IMG/VR virus record: IMGVR_UViG_3300009545_000018
Span: 1-64,000 of that record
Length of the DNA stretch: 64,000 nucleotides
Reading direction: 5' to 3' (one strand)
The notes under the pieces are model-generated. The model was not told the origin of the DNA and made no database searches. It saw only the letters and a program-made list of their open reading frames with translations. Numbering within the stretch: the stretch's first letter is position 1; every line of letters starts with the position of its first letter. Positions 55,904-63,863 of the stretch are shown here, piece by piece. Both the position numbers and the translations under genes were made by a program.

Positions 55904-56217
55904 GTGATGTTTTCAAAAAATCATATTATAATCTTTTAGATTTAAAAGGTGGCAAAATAGATATTTGTGACTTTAACATTAAATATTTTAATAACTATAA
56001 TAATTATGTTACCATACTAAATATTAATTATGAAAAATACTATATATCATTAACTCATCAAACGAATATGATCTTCGCAGTTCATACTTTATTTTTTAAT
56101 TCTTTTGATACTCCTAGTAGTACTTATAATGTAAACAAATATAGTGTACTTACAACATTGCAAAACACTATTAATTTTAATTATAAAAAATATATAAAAC
56201 TGTCAGTATTTACATAA
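55900..56217 (+). CDS. KAFx-tail protein (LxxxGG class)
   Basis: LDLKGG...YIKLSVFT. Confidence 0.75.
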   Translation: MSDVFKKSYYNLLDLKGGKIDICDFNIKYFNNYNNYVTILNINYEKYYISLTHQTNMIFAVHTLFFNSFDTPSSTYNVNKYSVLTTLQNTINFNYKKYIKLSVFT

Positions 56218-56220
56218 CCT

Positions 56221-56473
56221 ATGAATGAATTAAAAGTATTACAAGATCAAATAATTAATTTTAGTTTCGATAAATTCAATTGATCAACGTACTTATACTA
56301 AAAGTATGTTCATTGAATATGAATTATTTGCTTTATATTTTGTATTTGATGAATTAAATAATTTACTTAAAGCAAATACGGCTTATATTTCAGACTTATA
56401 TCATTATGAAGAATGGACAGAAATTAAAAAATTTTCCTCCATAGAAGATATACAAAATATTATAGATGAATGA
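56221..56473 (+). pseudogene. broken paralog of 56466..56744
   Basis: Stop at 56281; a second frame from 56306 gives YISDLYHYEEWTEIK...DIQNIID, matching FISDLYTNIKWTKIK...DVQPTID; tail missing. Confidence 0.55.
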
Positions 56474-56744
56474 TTATTTAATTAAATTTTCTAAATCATT
56501 AAATTATCATAGTGGACATTTTAGTATTATTAGCAATAGTATTTATGTTGATTCTCCTAAAAAAATTTTAGATTATAAAATATGTTTTAATTTTACGAAT
56601 AAAACAATTTTCATTTCTGATTTATATACAAACATAAAATGGACTAAAATTAAAGATAATTTTACAGAAAAAGATGTGCAACCAACAATAGATTTTTATT
56701 ATAATTATTATAATAAGTTACAAAAACTAAAGTCATTTATTTAA
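56466..56744 (+). CDS. KAFx-tail protein
   Basis: ...LQKLKSFI. Confidence 0.75.
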   Translation: MNDYLIKFSKSLNYHSGHFSIISNSIYVDSPKKILDYKICFNFTNKTIFISDLYTNIKWTKIKDNFTEKDVQPTIDFYYNYYNKLQKLKSFI

Positions 56745-56758
56745 AAGGAATAACAACA

Positions 56759-57118
56759 ATGAAAACTCGCATTATGTATCTACGTGACAATAACAATCCA
56801 CAAGGCAAAGGTAATCCAATTGGATGCCTAGCTATTGATGTTCTTAAGGGACAAGACAATCGAATTGCTATTAACTACCAAGTATCTGTACTGCACCCTA
56901 CCGATGTATTTGATCGTAAGTTAGGTCAATTAAAAGCTACTAGTAAGTTAGATGGTTCACCTATTTGTGCCGATGTAGTCTTCGAAAATGACATTTCAAT
57001 ACATCAAGTATCTTCTATTGTTATGAACCATTTGGTTAGTAATAAGAAAGTTCCAACGCGGGCGCGCAAAGCAGCCGCTCGTTGGCTAGTTAATGCTAAT
57101 AATTTAGTTACAAAGTAA
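56759..57118 (+). CDS. hypothetical phage protein
   Basis: AAGGA SD; P.D.FDRK.G...A motif. Confidence 0.8.
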   Translation: MKTRIMYLRDNNNPQGKGNPIGCLAIDVLKGQDNRIAINYQVSVLHPTDVFDRKLGQLKATSKLDGSPICADVVFENDISIHQVSSIVMNHLVSNKKVPTRARKAAARWLVNANNLVTK

Positions 57119-57123
57119 TAAGA

Positions 57124-57160
57124 GAACTTCCCATCGTATAACGGTGGGAAGCTTCTTTTT
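57124..57160 (+). terminator. terminator-like hairpin containing a CCCATC-N3-TAACGG motif (57130)
   Basis: CTTCCCATCGT-ATA-ACGGTGGGAAG, T-tract follows. Confidence 0.6.
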
Positions 57161-57170
57161 GTAGGATAAA

Positions 57171-57605
57171 ATGAACTCAATCGATTTAATTACAAAAATG
57201 GGTGGATTGTTTGCAATATTTACATTTGTTCACTTCTTGGTGGACTGGATTCTGCAAACTCATGCAGAGGCTATGGCTAAACATAATAACTGGAAAGTTA
57301 GGGCAAGGCACTGTGTAATCTACACAATTGGCTTTGTTCCTCTAATGTTGATATTAAAACTGTCAACATTAGAATTTATGTTTGGTCTTAATATTCTTTT
57401 TTGGTCTCACTTCATAGAAGATAGTTATATTCCTGTGTTTCTATGGGCGAAATATATTCGCAAGCCTCCAGAGATGAATGCTAACCCTAAAGAAGGTTTT
57501 ATACAATTTGTATCTACTCCACTAGGAAAGATACTAATGATTGCTGTCGATCAAATTATTCATTTGGCTTTTTTGTTTCCATTAGTTTGGATGTCTATTA
57601 ATTAA
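57171..57605 (+). CDS. DUF3307-like membrane protein
   Basis: HFLVDWILQT..MA..K, H..IY, HFIED, DQIIH. Confidence 0.75.
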   Translation: MNSIDLITKMGGLFAIFTFVHFLVDWILQTHAEAMAKHNNWKVRARHCVIYTIGFVPLMLILKLSTLEFMFGLNILFWSHFIEDSYIPVFLWAKYIRKPPEMNANPKEGFIQFVSTPLGKILMIAVDQIIHLAFLFPLVWMSIN

Positions 57606-57621
57606 ATTTCGGAGAAATATA

Positions 57622-57867
57622 ATGAGCAATACTCAACACATTGATGATTCGTTAACCAAGATTCGCGCTATTTTTGAAAAGGCTTCCGATCGTATCGAAG
57701 CTTTGCAACCTGGGGAAAAGATTCCTGCTACTAAGTTAGCTGAAGATTTAGCTAGTGAAATTGGTATGACAGGCGCAAGCTTATATCCTACTTTACGTTT
57801 CTTATTTGAAAGTTATCCTGGAGTTACGGTTACTCGTGGAGCACATGGAGGCATTAAGAAACTTTAA
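57622..57867 (+). CDS. winged-helix protein with Rrf2-like wing
   Basis: KLAEDL...VTVTRGAHGGI. Confidence 0.65.
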   Translation: MSNTQHIDDSLTKIRAIFEKASDRIEALQPGEKIPATKLAEDLASEIGMTGASLYPTLRFLFESYPGVTVTRGAHGGIKKL

Positions 57868-58483
57868 TTTCGGGCCATATTTTTTCATGTTTTATTAAAC
57901 TGATAGTGGCTTCAGAAACTGAAAATTGTTTAGCAATAATTCTATTTTTGACGCCACTATTGATTAGTAATTTAATTTGTTTAACATCATCCGATTTAAG
58001 TTTACCTTTATTTTCTTTCCATTCTATGGTTTGATGTTTTCCAAATTGTGAATGTCTTTCTCCACTTTGAGCTTCAGATAATGCTTTTTTGTGTTCATCA
58101 CTAAAAGTTTTACCTTTACGTGATTCAGACATTTTCTTTTTTGATTCTTCTGTATGTTTCCATCCAGAAATTCCAGAATTGGATCTACCGCCATTTCCTA
58201 TATTATAAATTTCAATATTATTATCCCTAGCATTTTTAATCTCAATCACTTCTAAATCAAGCGATTCTTGTTTAGTTGACACTGTATGAATAATTTCAAA
58301 CTTAAAATTATCAATACTATATTTTGTAATAGCTGCATGAATAATATGAAATTTGCCAGGATATTTAGCTTTGCCGCCACGCGCAATTTTACGATGATCT
58401 AAAAATCTTTGCTTAGGATCTTTAGTCTCACCAACATAAAATTTACCGTTGATTAAATTTGTAATTTTATAAACATAAAACAT
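57854..58483 (-). CDS. free-standing GIY-YIG homing endonuclease (NUMOD3 plus HTH)
   Basis: YVYKITNLINGKFYVGET...RF..H; KHTEESKKKMS. Confidence 0.9.
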   Translation of the reverse strand: MFYVYKITNLINGKFYVGETKDPKQRFLDHRKIARGGKAKYPGKFHIIHAAITKYSIDNFKFEIIHTVSTKQESLDLEVIEIKNARDNNIEIYNIGNGGRSNSGISGWKHTEESKKKMSESRKGKTFSDEHKKALSEAQSGERHSQFGKHQTIEWKENKGKLKSDDVKQIKLLINSGVKNRIIAKQFSVSEATISLIKHEKIWPEIKVS

Positions 58484-58522
58484 ATCAACAATTTGAGACT
58501 TTTTGTAAGGACAAATATCTAA

Positions 58523-58852
58523 TTGCAAATTATTTCTCTAGAAAATGCACAAGTTTCTATTAACAGAATAGATTTAATCTTTAAAGATTTTAAAGTAAAC
58601 TCTAAGTTTCTTCAAAAAGAATCATTAGATGATAGTGCTTTTATCTTTGTACTAAAGTACAACAATTTATTTGGCATAGATGCCTATGTAGCAAAAGATT
58701 ATTCAATTTCTATTAGATTATTTCATTATAATAAATTTACTCATGAGCTTGTAGATTTACAATATGTGCCTCCATTTCATATTATTCCTGCCTTAAATGA
58801 AGTAATTAATTTTAATTATAAATATTTTGAAAAGATGAAAGTTTTTGCTTAA
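58523..58852 (+). CDS. KAFx-tail protein
   Basis: IPALNEVINFNYKYFEKMKVFA; TTG start uncertain. Confidence 0.7.
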   Translation: MQIISLENAQVSINRIDLIFKDFKVNSKFLQKESLDDSAFIFVLKYNNLFGIDAYVAKDYSISIRLFHYNKFTHELVDLQYVPPFHIIPALNEVINFNYKYFEKMKVFA

Positions 58853-59220
58853 TGCTGGATCTTAAAGAGGGCGGCAATGTTACTGTTAATAAAATTGATG
58901 TTTTAGTTAAACATAACTTTATCATTAATGATTTAGTTCTAAGAGAACTAGAATCAAATAGTGGTCAGACTTATATTTTCTGCATAAAATATCCTACATA
59001 TTTTGCCATTGATTGTTATTTAGATGTAAATAATATGATTAATATTAGGACATTTGTTTATATAAGCCCCTCTAATAGAACTGAACTTGACAGATCATAT
59101 AATATAGAGTATAGTTTTATTGGTAAAAAATTAGTAAATATATCTGAATTTATTCCTACATTAAATTATATTATAAACTATAATCATAAAAAATATTTTA
59201 CATTAAAAGCATTTGGATAA
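58852..59220 (+). CDS. KAFx-tail protein (tandem paralog)
   Basis: LKEGG...IPTLNYIINYNHKKYFTLKAFG. Confidence 0.75.
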   Translation: MLDLKEGGNVTVNKIDVLVKHNFIINDLVLRELESNSGQTYIFCIKYPTYFAIDCYLDVNNMINIRTFVYISPSNRTELDRSYNIEYSFIGKKLVNISEFIPTLNYIINYNHKKYFTLKAFG

Positions 59221-59226
59221 CATTCA

Positions 59227-59457
59227 ATGATCACTATACTAATATTTTTATCAATAGCATTTGTTATGTCGCCCATTTTATATAGTGCATTATGGGTAAC
59301 TAATAATAAAAAACCTCATGTTTCAGGTAATTCCAAACATGAAAAAGTTAAGGATGATTTGGAATCAAATTGTGCCGCTGTTGTGATTGATATTGATAAT
59401 AGTCATTCACATAACAGTAGCCATAACTGTAGTCACAGTTGTAGTAGTAGTCACTAA
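59227..59457 (+). CDS. membrane-anchored protein with His/Ser-rich tail
   Basis: TM plus SHSHNSSH. Confidence 0.6.
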   Translation: MITILIFLSIAFVMSPILYSALWVTNNKKPHVSGNSKHEKVKDDLESNCAAVVIDIDNSHSHNSSHNCSHSCSSSH

Positions 59458-59474
59458 TTAAGGAGATATTGTAT

Positions 59475-59690
59475 ATGTTATATGATGAATTAGAGGAAGC
59501 CTTAGATGATCTGTTACCAGCAGGATATTCAATTTCTATTAATCGTCGGGGCGAAGTTGTAATCTTTACTAATTGTCGTAAGGATGATGATGGAGAATTA
59601 GTTTCTATGGATGAAGAAATAGATGAAGATTCATCTTTTAACGATGAAGATACTATTCCTCTAGAAGACGAAGTTGATGAAGATGAATGA
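59475..59690 (+). CDS. highly acidic small protein
   Basis: AAGGAG SD; D/E-rich. Confidence 0.7.
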   Translation: MLYDELEEALDDLLPAGYSISINRRGEVVIFTNCRKDDDGELVSMDEEIDEDSSFNDEDTIPLEDEVDEDE

Positions 59691-59928
59691 ATGGACATTA
59701 ATTAAAATATTAATGATCTTATCATTGACATTAACTGGATGCAGTACCATGTATTTTAGTCCAGTATCTTGGTTTAAATATTATGGACATAAGGATCCTG
59801 AGACATCAGCTACTGTGTATGGAGACTGTACTACTGATGCTCAGTGTGAAGAGTTAGTTCCGGGTCAAAATTATTTTTGTTACAAAACTACATCTTATGT
59901 AGGTCAATGTATTAATATAGTGGAATAA
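59683..59928 (+). CDS. putative Cys-rich lipoprotein
   Basis: LTGC lipobox; CTTDAQC. Confidence 0.65.
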   Translation: MNEWTLIKILMILSLTLTGCSTMYFSPVSWFKYYGHKDPETSATVYGDCTTDAQCEELVPGQNYFCYKTTSYVGQCINIVE

Positions 59929-60212
59929 TGTCAGATATTAATTCGATTAAAGACTCTTTAGAGTTTGCTTATAATAAATTTTGTGTATCTAAAAATTTTG
60001 ATAAAAAAATCAAATCCGCTACAATCTCAATTAGAATGCGAACTGAAGACTTTAAAATTCTTCAAAAATCTTTTAAAGATACTAAGGAAGCGCATTGGCA
60101 CTTTATTGATTTGCCTAAATCATTTTTTTCAGAATTTGAACAAGAAGTTAAAATAGAAGAATTTATAGTTCATAAATCAAACTATGATGAAGGTATAAAA
60201 AATTGTCTCTGA
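59928..60212 (+). CDS. hypothetical protein
   Basis: TAATG coupling. Confidence 0.65.
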   Translation: MSDINSIKDSLEFAYNKFCVSKNFDKKIKSATISIRMRTEDFKILQKSFKDTKEAHWHFIDLPKSFFSEFEQEVKIEEFIVHKSNYDEGIKNCL

Positions 60213-60347
60213 AACAATGACAGTATTTATTGATTTCTTTTTTGAAGACGGAGAATTTAGTCATAGAAATTTTGATTCTTCTAAACATAATACTCCTATA
60301 GTTACTATTTTAAACAAAGAAGATAGACATGCGTTATAATTTAATGT

Positions 60348-60626
60348 ATGCCTGTTAATAGAAAAAATAGAGTTACAGTAAAGAAAAAGATGTTTAATCG
60401 TAAAGTTTTCACCTTAAATAAAGGCGGAGTAATTTCAAGTAAAATTTTACTTGATGATGAAAATTTTCCAGCCGAAATAATTATATTAACTGATGGCGAG
60501 CAAATAATTAAAAATAATTCTGCAAATGGTTGCACTTGCCGGAAGTGTGGTAATTTTAATGAGTACGCAGAACCGAACCAACAGGATGGAACTTTTGTGT
60601 GTTTTGGTTGTAAAAGTGGATTATAA
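60348..60626 (+). CDS. protein with C-terminal NQxDGTF zinc ribbon
   Basis: GCTCRKCGNF..YAEPNQQDGTFVCFGC. Confidence 0.75.
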   Translation: MPVNRKNRVTVKKKMFNRKVFTLNKGGVISSKILLDDENFPAEIIILTDGEQIIKNNSANGCTCRKCGNFNEYAEPNQQDGTFVCFGCKSGL

Positions 60627-60655
60627 TATGGAATAATGTGATATATAATTTACAT

Positions 60656-60744
60656 TAGGGAATAGAGTAACAGGCAGCTCCCCATGCTTTGAACATGGTT
60701 TTGCGAAAGCAATAGTGTAGGTTCGAATCCTTCTTCCCTAGCCA
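60656..60744 (+). tRNA. tRNA-Gln(UUG) with an atypical long variable arm
   Basis: TAGGGAA/TTCCCTA acceptor stem, G73 plus CCA, CCATG-CTTTGAA-CATGG, extra arm TTGC-GAAA-GCAA, TTCGAAT T loop. Confidence 0.85.
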
Positions 60745-60748
60745 CTAT

Positions 60749-60831
60749 GGTGATATGGCGTAACTGGCAGCCGCACAATACTTAAAATATTGCGTTAATT
60801 CGTGGGGGTTCAAATCCCTCTATCACCACCA
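60749..60831 (+). tRNA. tRNA-Leu(UAA)
   Basis: GGTGATA/TATCACC, CAATA-CTTAAAA-TATTG, GGGGG-TTCAAAT-CCCTC, ACCA. Confidence 0.9.
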
Positions 60832-60856
60832 ACATTACCTATTTAGGATTTTTATT

Positions 60857-61153
60857 ATGTTAAATGAACTTCAATTTCTTGATGCTTTAAAAGCAGCCAT
60901 TATTAATGGTAAGTATAATTTTGTTAAGCAAGAAACTGAAAAATTAATAAATACTTGGCAATTAAAGATTTTGGATGCCGCAAACAAAGGAAATAAATCA
61001 GTAGATATTTTCTTGGGAGATAGTGAGCCACCACAAGTTTATTTAGATGGAGCCTTTAAATTCTTTAAAGAATGCCGTTTACAATTATCTTATTATACAA
61101 ATAATACTCCTAAAAATCATACACATTATTATGTTAGTATAACATGGAATTAA
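60857..61153 (+). CDS. hypothetical protein
   Basis: I..AA.KG...ITW, similar to the next gene. Confidence 0.7.
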   Translation: MLNELQFLDALKAAIINGKYNFVKQETEKLINTWQLKILDAANKGNKSVDIFLGDSEPPQVYLDGAFKFFKECRLQLSYYTNNTPKNHTHYYVSITWN

Positions 61154-61155
61154 AT

Positions 61156-61467
61156 ATGTCAGATTTTTATAAAGAAATCATTAATCTTACTAAAGAATCT
61201 AAGGCGTCACAATTAAACGCTTTACTATCATCTTCTATTATTGCAATTAAAGATCATATTAAAACTGCTGCTCTTCGCGGAGAAGATGATATTGTTCTAG
61301 AATTACCGCATCTTTCTAAAGAAATTAAAGAAGAGTTAGCTCATCGATTTTATAAATTGGGATTTAATGCCTGTGTTAAAAAAGTAAATTTAGAAGCTAA
61401 TGCCTACACCTATAATGATCCTATAGGTAGATTTGAAGCTGATTGCTTATGTATTAACTGGAAATGA
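61156..61467 (+). CDS. hypothetical protein (paralog of previous)
   Basis: IKTAALRG...GF...INW. Confidence 0.7.
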   Translation: MSDFYKEIINLTKESKASQLNALLSSSIIAIKDHIKTAALRGEDDIVLELPHLSKEIKEELAHRFYKLGFNACVKKVNLEANAYTYNDPIGRFEADCLCINWK

Positions 61468-61618
61468 AAAAGACTAAACCACCACGTAACAAATTTGTCA
61501 TAGCTATGAAGAAGGGGCGGAAAGGTGGTCCCATGAAAAATAAAAAAGACAAACGTAAATCTGGTAAGAATAAACAAAAAGATTATCTTAAAGATAATTA
61601 TTAGATTTAGAAAATAAA

Positions 61619-62119
61619 ATGCCATATTCCCTAATCGTTGTAGATCTACAAAAAGAATTTACTGCCGCCAATAATATTTCCACCATTAATGCTTGTCAAA
61701 ACTTATTGATCCAAGCTATGGAAGACAATGCAACGATCATCTTCTTAGAGTTTATTGGATGTGGTAGAACTATGGAAACCATCTATGATTTGGTAGATAA
61801 CTATTATAATATATATGTTCTAAAGAAACCGAGCTGTGATGGAAGTTCTTATATTAAGAAACTGACAGCAAGTTTTGAAATACCTACCATGCACTTTAAA
61901 GTATGTGGTGTTAATACTGATGCTTGTGTATTAGATACTGTCTTAGGGTTAAGCCACAGTTATCCAGATGCAGTAGTTGAAGTTATTGAATCTGCCTGTA
62001 ATTCAGATTTAGATCATAACAAAGCAATAAGTATAATGGAAAAGAAAAGCAATGTTGTGGTAACTAACAGACGAATTATTATAGAGCACGACACACTTAG
62101 AGTAGCTAATGTCAACTAA
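61619..62119 (+). CDS. isochorismatase-like cysteine hydrolase
   Basis: LIVVDLQ.EF, K, CGVNTDACV. Confidence 0.85.
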   Translation: MPYSLIVVDLQKEFTAANNISTINACQNLLIQAMEDNATIIFLEFIGCGRTMETIYDLVDNYYNIYVLKKPSCDGSSYIKKLTASFEIPTMHFKVCGVNTDACVLDTVLGLSHSYPDAVVEVIESACNSDLDHNKAISIMEKKSNVVVTNRRIIIEHDTLRVANVN

Positions 62120-62516
62120 TATTTATATTATCATAGCGACTATTCTTTGGGGAGTGGGAGCCATTTTTACTAAGGTAGGCGCTAACAATTTACATCCTTT
62201 AATGTTAGCATTAGTGGCAGAATTGTTCTATATAATATTTGTACCTTTAGGTATTTGGTTTACTAAAACTCCAATTCAAATGAACACTACGGGATTTATT
62301 TTTGGATTTATTTCGGCGGCATGTGTTGGGGCAGGGTCCTTAGCTTATTACTTTGCTTTGCAGAAGGGTGCTGCGGGCACCATTGCAGCAGCAACAAGTG
62401 TATACCCTGTGTTAACTTTAATTATTTCCGTTGCAATTTTAAACGAAGAAATAAGTTTAAGAAAAATAATTGGCTGCCTTCTTGCTATTATTTCTGTTAT
62501 TATTATTTCAAAATGA
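62109..62516 (+). CDS. EamA/DMT family small transporter
   Basis: LWG..AIF.K, YYFAL..G, YP.LT...LNE..S.RKIIG. Confidence 0.85.
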   Translation: MSTNIYIIIATILWGVGAIFTKVGANNLHPLMLALVAELFYIIFVPLGIWFTKTPIQMNTTGFIFGFISAACVGAGSLAYYFALQKGAAGTIAAATSVYPVLTLIISVAILNEEISLRKIIGCLLAIISVIIISK

Positions 62517-62830
62517 AATGTCCTATTTGTCAGAAATTATTATTAACTAATATTAATGAAAAATGGTGTGAACAAACCGTTTTTACTAATGATAGTGCAA
62601 ATTTACATTATGTAGTTTTTAATATTAAAAATAATAATATGGCTTTATTTTTTAAATATAAAGATCATTCATATGAATTTGACTATTTTTCTTCATCTCA
62701 AAAAACAAATATAACATATTATATGGGCAAAACTACTCATGATAGTGATTTTTATTTAGGGGAAATGAAAAATCTAGAAGAACTCTATAAGGCAACACTT
62801 AAGTATTTAAAAAACAAAGCATTCTTATGA
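62513..62830 (+). CDS. KAFx-tail protein, CPxC class
   Basis: Start revised (ATGA overlap): MKCPIC...LKNKAFL. Confidence 0.75.
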   Translation: MKCPICQKLLLTNINEKWCEQTVFTNDSANLHYVVFNIKNNNMALFFKYKDHSYEFDYFSSSQKTNITYYMGKTTHDSDFYLGEMKNLEELYKATLKYLKNKAFL

Positions 62831-63144
62831 TAATGAAATGTCCCTTTTGTAAAGAAGAACTACAATTAGGTATAGAAATATATTTTTGTAATAATGATAA
62901 ATTTATTTATCATGATGTAAGTTTTAATACAATAACAAAAGATATACATTTAGCATTTTTATCAGAAAATAAAGAAATAGAATATGAATTTGAATATCTT
63001 TCAGATAAAAAACTTGTAAGTCTATTTGTGTACTCTAACAATCCAGTTACAAGTTTTCTATCTTTAAATTTCGGGGAAATAAATTCTTTGGATGAATTTT
63101 ATACTAAAACAAAATCTTACGTCAAAAATATAGCATTTCAATGA
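62827..63144 (+). CDS. KAFx-tail protein, CPxC class (tandem paralog)
   Basis: CPFC...VKNIAFQ. Confidence 0.75.
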   Translation: MIMKCPFCKEELQLGIEIYFCNNDKFIYHDVSFNTITKDIHLAFLSENKEIEYEFEYLSDKKLVSLFVYSNNPVTSFLSLNFGEINSLDEFYTKTKSYVKNIAFQ

Positions 63145-63863
63145 TTGAACAATTAAAAACATTATACAACACTTCTCCTCTTGCTTCTAACTGGATTAAA
63201 GAAAATGAACCTGATCCAAATCTTATTTATAACAGTGGAGTTGGGCATCAAGTTAAGCAAGGAATAGCATTATCTAACTTAGTTAGGTTTGATTTAGATG
63301 AGCCTAGGGTGGCAGCCACTCATAGAAGTAAATCTTGCATACTTCCAGTCTTAATGTTTAAGGTTTGGCATTATGATAATGGAGGTGCCTTTTGCTTTAT
63401 AAGAGATAATTTTCATGATGTCAAGCTATCAGTAGTATCTGAGTTTCCTATTGATATTAATTATAATTATATACATCATGAAATGTCTCAAGAAGAATAT
63501 GATGCTGAAAAGAAACGCTGTATTGATTATGATAATAAAGGAACTCCCAGATTAACTGAAGATGAGAAATCTGGAGATGGTTGGATAAATGGTTGGTCCG
63601 GCAATAAAATTATCAGGAAAGATAATAAGATTTGGAAAGCCTATAACGTTAATGAAGTGTATTGTGAAGGCATTAATAGATTAAATTTGCCCAATGAAGT
63701 CTTTCGACCTTATGAAGAAGGTTATGATATGTTTACAATTGCGGCAGGATCTTTTGCACATGTTGCTTATTTATTTGAACATCTTCAAAACGAAATACAA
63801 CATAAGGTTTATTTAAAATTAAAACAAATTAGGGATCAAAATGATAATCTCAAAAGTATGTGA
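63141..63863 (+). CDS. hypothetical phage protein (H.SKS..LPV...RDNFHD.K.SV)
   Basis: 240-aa ORF. Confidence 0.8.
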   Translation: MIEQLKTLYNTSPLASNWIKENEPDPNLIYNSGVGHQVKQGIALSNLVRFDLDEPRVAATHRSKSCILPVLMFKVWHYDNGGAFCFIRDNFHDVKLSVVSEFPIDINYNYIHHEMSQEEYDAEKKRCIDYDNKGTPRLTEDEKSGDGWINGWSGNKIIRKDNKIWKAYNVNEVYCEGINRLNLPNEVFRPYEEGYDMFTIAAGSFAHVAYLFEHLQNEIQHKVYLKLKQIRDQNDNLKSM

